DNA of 22,630 nt, from the NCBI GenBank assembly GCA_038208905.1, contig JBBQYG010000055.1, positions 1 to 22,630 on the forward strand, given 5' to 3'. This DNA comes from Candidatus Sumerlaeia bacterium. GTDB taxonomy: Bacteria > Sumerlaeota > Sumerlaeia > SLMS01. The position numbers and the translations under genes were made by a program. This document shows, piece by piece, positions 1-7,031 of the stretch; the first letter of the stretch is position 1, and every line of letters begins with the position of its first letter. Under the pieces are notes generated by a model. The model saw only the letters and a program-made list of their open reading frames with translations. It was not told where the DNA came from and made no database searches.

Positions 1-534
1 TGCATCGTGTGGGCGCTGGAGTCCGGCGCCGTGGACCGCGTGGCGATGGTCCCCGCGGCGCGCCACGCCTTTCACAAGGCGCGCCACGCCCCCTATGAAC
101 ACTGCCTTGCGATGTGCCGCCTGGCGGTGGCCGGCCTGGGCGACCGCGTGTTTGTGTCGGACGCGGAGGGTCTCCGCCCGGGGTTCAGCTATATGATCGA
201 CACGCTGGCGGCGCTCATCGCCGAGCACCCCGCCGCCCGGTTCCGCCTGATCGTGGGGAGCGATGTGGCCGCGGAAGTCGCCACCTGGCGAGAGGGCCCC
301 CGCGTCAAGGAACTGGCCCCACCCCTGGAGATTCCCCGCGGCCGCACCGGCGAGCGCGTCGGCGACCGCCCCTTCTTCCTACCCAATATCAGCAGCACCG
401 CCGCCAGAGAAGCGTTGCGTTCCGGCGGCGATTGCCACATGATGCTTTGCAAACCAGTTCGCGAGTACATTCGCCGGCATGGCCTCTATGGCCTCCCCGC
501 GGAACCGACCCCATCGGAGGCAGCAACCCCATGA
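1..534 (+). CDS. nadD: Nicotinate-nucleotide adenylyltransferase, 5'-truncated by the window edge
   Basis: Frame is open from base 1. Motifs VPAARHAFHK, SYMIDTL, LIVGSD and C-terminal ISSTAARE...VREYIRRHGLY match NadD. The N-terminal HxGH motif lies outside the window. Confidence 0.85.
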   Translation, partial: CIVWALESGAVDRVAMVPAARHAFHKARHAPYEHCLAMCRLAVAGLGDRVFVSDAEGLRPGFSYMIDTLAALIAEHPAARFRLIVGSDVAAEVATWREGPRVKELAPPLEIPRGRTGERVGDRPFFLPNISSTAAREALRSGGDCHMMLCKPVREYIRRHGLYGLPAEPTPSEAATP

Positions 535-902
535 AGCAGCATTCGCCCGCCTTTCTCAAGATCGTCGAGGACGCCATGAAGAGCGTCACGGAGGTCACCG
601 TGGCCCAGACCATGAAGGCCCTCACCAGCAACCCCAACGCCGCCCTGATCGACGTCCGCGAGGAATCCGAATACGCCAAGGGCCACGTCACCGGCGCCGA
701 GCACATCGGCAAGGGCGTGATCGAGCGCGACATCGAGCTGCTCCACCCCGACCCCGAGGAAGAACTCTTCCTCTACTGCGGCGGCGGCTTCCGCTCCGCC
801 CTCGCCGGCGAGGCCCTCGCCCGCATGGGCTACAAGAAGGTGTTCAGCGTCGCCGGCGGCTGGCGCGCCTTCGTGGACGCAGGGGTGGAAGTGTCGCAGT
901 AG
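531..902 (+). CDS. Single-domain rhodanese / sulfurtransferase
   Basis: ATG at 531 overlaps the nadD stop (ATGA). LIDVREESEY..GHVTGA, active-site loop LYCGGGFRS, and C-terminal AGGWRAF. Confidence 0.9.
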   Translation: MKQHSPAFLKIVEDAMKSVTEVTVAQTMKALTSNPNAALIDVREESEYAKGHVTGAEHIGKGVIERDIELLHPDPEEELFLYCGGGFRSALAGEALARMGYKKVFSVAGGWRAFVDAGVEVSQ

Positions 903-1201
903 CAGGAGGGCGCAAGCGAGCGGCGTGGAACCATGAGCCACCGAATCGAATTAAGCCCCGGCAGGTTGCGCCGGGCCCGCGTGCGCGCAAGGTTCGTTCT
1001 TGGTGGCGGCGTATAGACAGGAACATCCCGGGCAGGCGTCGGGCCCGAATCCCAGTACCCATCCAGTTCACGACCACTCGCCGCTATTTCCCAAACACCA
1101 TCCGGTTCGCGCCAAATGTACGGTTGCGGACCTTTGGCCCGTTGCCCCAGGAATAATAGTCCGTCTCTATGTGTAGTTGGCATATCATTCAGGAAGCCAC
1201 C

Positions 1202-1744
1202 ATGATCGATAAAACCAGAATCTTCGCCATCGAGCGCCCCCACCCCAAGCTGATGAAGCTGTATATACTGCGCTCCATCATGTCGGGGCCGTTCATTGTG
1301 GTGTCGCTGCCGCTGCTCTATTTCCGGTATCACACACTGAGGTACCGGTTCGACGAGGAGGGGATCGGGATGAGTTGGGGGATCCTGTTTCGGCGGGAGG
1401 TGAATCTGGCGTATGCGCGGATTCAGGACATCCACCTGACGTCGGGGCCGGTGCAGCGGTGGCTGGGGCTGGCGGAGGTTCACATCCAGACGGCCTCCGG
1501 CAGCGCGGCGGCGGAGATGACCATCGAGGGCGTGCTGGAGTTCGAGGAAGTCCGCGACTATCTTTATACACGGATGCGCGGATTCAGGGATTCCGCCACG
1601 GCGGCGCGGGCGGATCAGCCGACCGCCGCGGCGCCGGTCGCAGGAGAGGGCGAGCTGGTGGCCTTGCTGGAGGAGATCCGCGGAGAGTTGCGCGGGACGC
1701 GCGAGGCGATGGAGCGCCTCGCGGCGGAGGGGCGCCATGAGTAA
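1202..1744 (+). CDS. Bacterial PH-domain (bPH_2, YdbS-like) membrane protein
   Basis: AGGAAG at 1191 before ATG 1202. One hydrophobic segment, then RYRFDEEGI..WGILFRREVNLAYARIQDIHLTSGPVQRWLGLAEVHIQTAS, typical of bPH_2. Confidence 0.85.
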   Translation: MIDKTRIFAIERPHPKLMKLYILRSIMSGPFIVVSLPLLYFRYHTLRYRFDEEGIGMSWGILFRREVNLAYARIQDIHLTSGPVQRWLGLAEVHIQTASGSAAAEMTIEGVLEFEEVRDYLYTRMRGFRDSATAARADQPTAAAPVAGEGELVALLEEIRGELRGTREAMERLAAEGRHE

Positions 1745-2537
1745 TCCACTGCGCGCGCTGATCATCAGGGTGCTTCGCGTTCCTCCGGAGCCCGACAATC
1801 CCCTGGGCGAGCACGGGAGCCTGCGCGTATTCCGCGCGGCGCCCAACTTCTTCAAGTACAATCTGATCATGTGGGGCATTGGCCAGGCGATTGCCATCAT
1901 TGGCTCGATCATCGGCCTGGTCCTCTTTCACTTCCTTGTAATTCGCAGCGTGGATCACGGCGGGCTGAAGGCCCTCCTTGTGGCGATCGAACTCGGCGGC
2001 TTCGTATTCGTCCTCGCTCAGACGGCGGTTTCGTTCATGCTGCTGCGTCTGGATTTCGAGATGCGCTGGTACAAGATCACCGACCGCAGCCTGCGCATCC
2101 GCGAGGGGATCTGGTCCGTCCGGGAAATGACGATGACCTTCGCGAATATACAGAACGTTTCGATCTCCCAGGGGCCGGTGCAGCGGCTGCTGGGCATCGC
2201 CGACTTGAAGGTCGAGACGGCGGGCGGCGGTGGCGGCGGGGCAGACCCCAACCAGAAGAGCGCCCTCGCCTTGAACATGCACACGGGGTTCTTTCGCGGC
2301 GTGAACAACGCCCCGGAAATCCGCGACCTGATGCGCGAGCGGCTCAAGGCCCTCCGCGACACGGGACTCGGCGATCTGGACGAGCGACACGAGGGCCCCG
2401 CGGCGGAGGCAACGCCGCGAGGCGGCGCACCGGGCGCGGCGTTCTCGGCGGCGGCGCTTGGGGCGCTGCGGGAACTCCGCGCAGAGGCAGGGGCGCTGCG
2501 CGCCGCGGCGGAGGAGTTGCAGGCGCGGCGGGCGTAG
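1737..2537 (+). CDS. Bacterial PH-domain (bPH_2) membrane protein, paralog of the upstream gene
   Basis: Overlaps the upstream stop. Two TM segments, then WYKITDRSLRIREGIW..FANIQNVSISQGPVQRLLGIADLKVETAG. Confidence 0.85.
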   Translation: MSNPLRALIIRVLRVPPEPDNPLGEHGSLRVFRAAPNFFKYNLIMWGIGQAIAIIGSIIGLVLFHFLVIRSVDHGGLKALLVAIELGGFVFVLAQTAVSFMLLRLDFEMRWYKITDRSLRIREGIWSVREMTMTFANIQNVSISQGPVQRLLGIADLKVETAGGGGGGADPNQKSALALNMHTGFFRGVNNAPEIRDLMRERLKALRDTGLGDLDERHEGPAAEATPRGGAPGAAFSAAALGALRELRAEAGALRAAAEELQARRA

Positions 2538-2676
2538 CGGCAGGTGGAACACCCCTCGCTCCCTTGGCCCCGTAACAGCCCACAAAACCGGATTCCAGAG
2601 GAAAAACCCGGTTTTGGCGTTCCAAAAGGTGCGAAGTGCGGAACATCGGGCTCCATCGGGTACACGGAGAGAGTCT

Positions 2677-3921
2677 ATGACGATCGCGAAGAGGACGGTG
2701 GCAGGAATCGTTGTGGGGCTGAGCGTCGGAGTCGCACTGGCCCAGGATCCCCGGCTGGATTCGTGGGAGACGGCGAACTCCGCACAGCGGGCGGAGGTCA
2801 TCGAGTTCGTGGGCGGGTCGCCAGTGACGACGTGGCCCGGCTCGGGGTTGCCCAACATGGGCGGGGGACAGGCCACGCCGGCCTACTCCGACATCCAGAT
2901 GATCCGCTATTCGGCGACATCGGTGTATATCAACGCGACGGGTCTTGCCAGTCACTCGATGGGCCCGTGGTACATCAGCCCGGGTAATATCTTCGGCAAC
3001 TGGCCCAGCGCGCAAACCTATCAACTCCGCATCCCGCGCACTCCCGTCGTCCCCGGCACCAAGGACCCCATAGGGCTCGGCAACATCGGCATCTGGGTCA
3101 ACGGCGTGGGATTCTACAGCGGGCTCGATGCGTTCTCCTATGACACCAGCGGCGCCAGCGACAAGCCGGGCGCCGGCGGGGACGGCATCTGGAACCGCTC
3201 CGCCATCGCGGCGGAGGTCGCGACCTTCGATCCCGCCTATGCCCATCAGCCCACCAGCGGGCAGTATCACTATCACGCGAATCCCAAGGGCCTCCGCGCA
3301 CAGCTTGGCGACAACCTGACCTACAACTCCGGGTCCGACACCTACACGGAGGCCTCCTCCGGCTTCACGCACTCGCCGATCCTCGGATGGGCCTTCGATG
3401 GTTATCCGGTGTACGGCCCCTATGGCTACTCGTCGGCGCTGAACTCGTCGAGCGCCATCGCGCGGATGCGGTCTGGATATACGCTCCGCAACGGCACCCT
3501 CGGCACGACGAACCTGACATCGGCGGGGCGCCACTCGCTCGGCGTGTGGGCCGCCGCGCTGCATGGGGTTACCACAACGCTCGGCGCCGCGCAGTATGGC
3601 CCCAACGTCACGGTGGGGCGGCCAATCGGCTGGTATGCGGAGGACCACGACTACCTCGGCGATCTGGGTTTCACGCAGGGGACGGACTTCGACCTGGACA
3701 AGTACAACGGCCGCTTCTGCCACACGCCGGAGTACCCCGCGGGAACCTATGCCTACTTCACCACCGTTGACTCGGGCGGCAACCCCGTCTATCCATTCGC
3801 CCTCGCCAGCGAGTACAATGGCGACAAGACCGGCGGCAACGCGCCCACCATCTCGGAGTCCGTGACGCTGCTCTTCGAGAACACCGGAGTCGCGTCGGTC
3901 AACACCTGGACGGATCGTTAG
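2677..3921 (+). CDS. Secreted YHYH-family protein
   Basis: GGAGA before ATG 2677. Signal peptide MTIAKRTVAGIVVGLSVGVALA. Family motifs IGIWVNGV, HQPTSGQYHYH, HSPILGWAFDGYPVYGP and DLDKYNGRFCHTPEYPAGTYAYF. Confidence 0.88.
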   Translation: MTIAKRTVAGIVVGLSVGVALAQDPRLDSWETANSAQRAEVIEFVGGSPVTTWPGSGLPNMGGGQATPAYSDIQMIRYSATSVYINATGLASHSMGPWYISPGNIFGNWPSAQTYQLRIPRTPVVPGTKDPIGLGNIGIWVNGVGFYSGLDAFSYDTSGASDKPGAGGDGIWNRSAIAAEVATFDPAYAHQPTSGQYHYHANPKGLRAQLGDNLTYNSGSDTYTEASSGFTHSPILGWAFDGYPVYGPYGYSSALNSSSAIARMRSGYTLRNGTLGTTNLTSAGRHSLGVWAAALHGVTTTLGAAQYGPNVTVGRPIGWYAEDHDYLGDLGFTQGTDFDLDKYNGRFCHTPEYPAGTYAYFTTVDSGGNPVYPFALASEYNGDKTGGNAPTISESVTLLFENTGVASVNTWTDR

Positions 3922-4652
3922 TGGTAAACGCTGGTTCCCGCATCGCTTTCTGCGCCTTCGCCCTGCTCGCGCCGGTTTGTTCCGGCGCGGCGGGGTCGGT
4001 GGCGGGAATCCCCGTGAAGCACCGCTTCGCCGGCGCGCCGCTCGCGCTGCATTCGCCGGTTGTTCGCGAGGGGAAGACGATCGCGGTGACGCGGCTGGAG
4101 TACCTCGTCAGCGGCCTGCGCGTGGAGGCCGCCGACGGCGCGTGGCATCGCGCGACGGAAACGGTGGCGCTGCTGAATCCCGCGGAGGATCGCGTGACGC
4201 TGCCGACCGCCGGCCTTCCTCCGCGCCCGTGGCGGCGCATCGCCTTTGACATCGGCGTGCAGCCCGGGCCCAACCACGGCGATACGGCCCAGTGGCCGCC
4301 GGATCACCCGCTCCATCCGCTCTCCAGCAACCTCCACTGGGACTGGCGCCAGGGCTACGTCTTCATCGCCATCGAGGGGACCATCCGCGACGCGGCCACC
4401 CCGCGCGCCCCGTTTCTGTATCACGTGGGCGGAGGCGATCTGCTGCGCGAGGTGTCGATGGAGATTCCCCCGCCGCTGGCCGATCAGCCGCTCGCCATCG
4501 CATTCGACCTTGATCGCATTTGGTCCGGCGCGGCGGCGATCGATCCGCTGGAGGACGGCGGATTCACGCACTCGCGCGAGGGCGATCCGCTGGCGCGGCG
4601 GCTGGCCGACAATCTGGCGGGGTGCTTCTCGGTTGTCGCCAATGCGCAGTAG
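3921..4652 (+). CDS. mbnP: MbnP-family (putative copper-binding, WxW motif) exported protein
   Basis: GTG start overlaps the upstream TAG. Hydrophobic N-terminus; LEYLVS, FDIGV..NHGD, HPL...LHWDWRQGYVFIAIEG and FLYHVG match my recollection of MbnP motifs. Adjacent to a di-heme enzyme gene. Confidence 0.8.
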   Translation: MVNAGSRIAFCAFALLAPVCSGAAGSVAGIPVKHRFAGAPLALHSPVVREGKTIAVTRLEYLVSGLRVEAADGAWHRATETVALLNPAEDRVTLPTAGLPPRPWRRIAFDIGVQPGPNHGDTAQWPPDHPLHPLSSNLHWDWRQGYVFIAIEGTIRDAATPRAPFLYHVGGGDLLREVSMEIPPPLADQPLAIAFDLDRIWSGAAAIDPLEDGGFTHSREGDPLARRLADNLAGCFSVVANAQ

Positions 4653-5742
4653 AATCGCCTTCCTCCTTGCGCTGCTGATGCCATTCGCGGTGGTGCTGGC
4701 TGCCCTTCCCGGCGGGGGCGCCACGGGGACAACGCCGTATCGCTTCTCCATCCGCACGTCGATGCCGCGCCCCAGTTTTCCCGCCGACAATCCCCTGACA
4801 GAAGAGGGTGTCGCGCTCGGGCGGATGATCTTCTTCGAGCGCAAGCTCTCCATCGACAACACGATCTCCTGCGCCAAGTGCCACGATCCGTTCTTCGCAT
4901 TCGCGGAGCCACTGCCCGTGACCGAGGGGCTGAAGGGGAAGGAGCTGCGGCGCAACTCGATGCCGCTCTTCAACCTCGCATGGAGGAAGAATTTCTTCTG
5001 GGACGGGCGCGTGACGACGCTCCGCGAGCAGGTGCTCCACCCGGTCATCGACCCCGGCGAGATGGGCGAGACAATCGGCAACGTGCTGGAGGAGTTGCAG
5101 GCCAGCGATGTCTATACAGCGGGATTCCGCGCGGCATTCGGCGACGCGGGAATCACGACCGACACCCTGGCGCTGGCGCTGGAGCAATACCTGCTCGTCC
5201 ACATTTCCCAGGACTCGAAGTTCGACAAGGCCCAGCGCGGCGAGGCGAAGCTGACGCCGGAGGAGGCAAAGGGATTCCAGCTCTTCATGACGGAGTTCGA
5301 CCCCGCGCGCGGCCTTCGCGGGGGCGACTGCTTTCACTGCCACGGCAACGCGCTGTTCACCAACGAGCGCTTTGCCAACAACGGGCTCGACGCGGAGTTC
5401 ACAGTGGACCGGGGCCGCCACGAAGCCACCGGCGCCGCCCACGAGATGGGTCAGTTCAAGGTGCCCACGCTCCGCAATGTCGCCATGACCGCGCCGTATA
5501 TGCACGATGGGCGCCTGGCCCGGCTAAGGGACGTGGTCGATCACTACAACCACGGCGTGAAGGAATCGGAGACGCTGGACCCCAACCTGATGAAGCACGG
5601 CGGCGACATGGGGCTCCCCGAGGAGGACCGCGCCGCCATCGTGGCGTTCCTCCACACGTTGACTGACGAGGACTTCCGCGAGCGCATCCGAGGCGAGGCC
5701 CGCCTGGCGCGCGAGACGGCGAAGAAACTGCAAAACCAGTAG
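4642..5742 (+). CDS. Di-heme cytochrome c enzyme, bCcP/MauG superfamily (MbnH-like)
   Basis: ATG 4642 with signal peptide. PADNPLT...LGRMIFFE, two CxxCH motifs (CAKCH, CFHCH), RNSMPLFN, FFWDGR, FKVPTLRNVAMTAPYMHDG and VVDHY. Confidence 0.92.
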   Translation: MRSRIAFLLALLMPFAVVLAALPGGGATGTTPYRFSIRTSMPRPSFPADNPLTEEGVALGRMIFFERKLSIDNTISCAKCHDPFFAFAEPLPVTEGLKGKELRRNSMPLFNLAWRKNFFWDGRVTTLREQVLHPVIDPGEMGETIGNVLEELQASDVYTAGFRAAFGDAGITTDTLALALEQYLLVHISQDSKFDKAQRGEAKLTPEEAKGFQLFMTEFDPARGLRGGDCFHCHGNALFTNERFANNGLDAEFTVDRGRHEATGAAHEMGQFKVPTLRNVAMTAPYMHDGRLARLRDVVDHYNHGVKESETLDPNLMKHGGDMGLPEEDRAAIVAFLHTLTDEDFRERIRGEARLARETAKKLQNQ

Positions 5743-5865
5743 CGCGGAAGTGCCTTGGCGGGATGGCGGCGCCACGCGACGCAACTACCTGTTGAACCGG
5801 TCCAACTCCTGTGCCACCTTGAAGAATGCCCGAACGAAAAAAGGCATCACCGGGGGTGACTCGCG

Positions 5866-6906
5866 ATGGCAAGAGCGCGTTGGTGGTTGATGGCGGCGGT
5901 TGTGGCGGCGATGGCGTGGTCCGGGGGCGCCGCGGCTCAAACGATCCAGTGGATCGAGTCGCCGGCCCAGGCCCAAGCCGCGTGGCAGGCCGACAAGAAA
6001 CCCGTGGTCCTCTTCTTCTACACCCACCAGACGCGCCCCTCCAACCAGCTTCGCGTGGAGACGCTGGAGAATCCCGAGGTAAAGGCCCGCCTCGCCAACT
6101 TCGTGTGCGTGGCGCTTGACCAGCGCATGTACGGCGATCTGGGCAAGAAGTTCAACCTGGTGCGCGTGCCCACGGTGATCTTCCTGGACGAGTACGGCCG
6201 GGAACTCGACCGCGCCGCGGGCTTCAAGTCTCCAGAGGACTTCGCGATCTACCTCGACCGCATCACGCACGCCTATACGGCGATGCACGCGGGAGCATCG
6301 GGGGGGAGGGTGGCAGCCTTCCGCAACGCCGCCATCGACATCGGCAAGCCGGGACCAAAGACCCAGCCCATTTCTTTTTCCTACACGGGGACGCGCATCG
6401 GCCGCGTCAACGTGGTCGGCGATTTCAATGACTGGAGGACGGATGCGAATCCACTCGTCCGCGGCCAGGGGAACGACTGGACAATGACGGCCCACCTGCC
6501 GCCCGGCGTTTACGAATACCTGTTTCTGGTGGATGGCGCAACGTATCTTCCCGATCCGCGCAACCCCCTCAAGAAGACCAACCCCTACGGCGGCACAAAT
6601 TCCGTGATGCTGGTGGGTAACCCGGTCACGTCTCCGGTGATCATGGGCAACTCGGTGTACTTCTTCCTCTACGATGCCACGGCCAAGGAGATCAAGGTGG
6701 CCGGGTCGTTCAAGAACTGGGAGGAATTCACGATGTACCGTAAGCCCAACGAACCTGGCATGTGGGGCGTCCGCTATGACAACATGCCCAAGGGCACTCA
6801 CCAGTACAAATACGTGATCGACGGCAATTGGGTCGTGGACGCGGAGAACTACATTCTGGTGACGGATGCCGAGGGGAACACGAACAGCTCGTTCACGATC
6901 AAGTAG
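5866..6906 (+). CDS. Exported protein: thioredoxin-like fold lacking CxxC plus two CBM48/AMPK-beta-like glycogen-binding domains
   Basis: Signal peptide ending AAA-Q. Trx-like segment KKPVVLFFY...KFNLVRVPTVIFLD..GREL. Two CBM48-like repeats: VNVVGDFNDW...LPPGVYEYLFLVDG..DPRNP and IKVAGSFKNW...GTHQYKYVIDGNWVVD. Confidence 0.75.
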   Translation: MARARWWLMAAVVAAMAWSGGAAAQTIQWIESPAQAQAAWQADKKPVVLFFYTHQTRPSNQLRVETLENPEVKARLANFVCVALDQRMYGDLGKKFNLVRVPTVIFLDEYGRELDRAAGFKSPEDFAIYLDRITHAYTAMHAGASGGRVAAFRNAAIDIGKPGPKTQPISFSYTGTRIGRVNVVGDFNDWRTDANPLVRGQGNDWTMTAHLPPGVYEYLFLVDGATYLPDPRNPLKKTNPYGGTNSVMLVGNPVTSPVIMGNSVYFFLYDATAKEIKVAGSFKNWEEFTMYRKPNEPGMWGVRYDNMPKGTHQYKYVIDGNWVVDAENYILVTDAEGNTNSSFTIK

Positions 6907-6931
6907 CATCCCGCGATGCAGGATAAGCCCG

Positions 6932-6997
6932 ATGGACGATATGGACAAAATGGACATCCATCGTGTCCACAGGGTCAACAAGGTCCATCAACTCCAT
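6932..6997. repeat. 9-bp-period fold-back array: ATGGAC x3 followed by 5 reverse-oriented GTCCAT-like units
   Basis: ATGGAC at 6932, 6941, 6950. ATCCAT 6956, GTCCAC 6965, GTCAAC 6974, GTCCAT 6983, CTCCAT 6992. Lies between convergent genes. Confidence 0.8.
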
Positions 6998-7031
6998 CGC
7001 GTGCAACAGCCACTCGAATCCGCGATTCGCC

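Noticed and set aside
114-530. Extended upstream starts in the ORF track (114, 2458, 4246, 8862, 12030, 16966, 19710, 21791)
   Set aside because: Extensions are low-complexity or overlap neighbouring genes. Downstream starts fit Shine-Dalgarno motifs, stop/start overlaps or family N-termini better.
947-958. 12-mer CGAATTAAGCCC repeated at 947 and 8931, both intergenic
   Set aside because: A single 12-bp match within 22.6 kb is not significant, and the distances to downstream starts differ greatly.
903-1201. Possible small gene or remnant on the minus strand (…PYIWREPDGVWEIAASGRELDGYWDSG…)
   Set aside because: No family recognised, no clear start signal, and the frame runs on into the rhodanese gene; cannot be supported without a homology search.
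2615-2632. Sigma54 promoter upstream of the YHYH gene
   Set aside because: GG at 2616-2617 is not followed by GC at the required 10-nt spacing.
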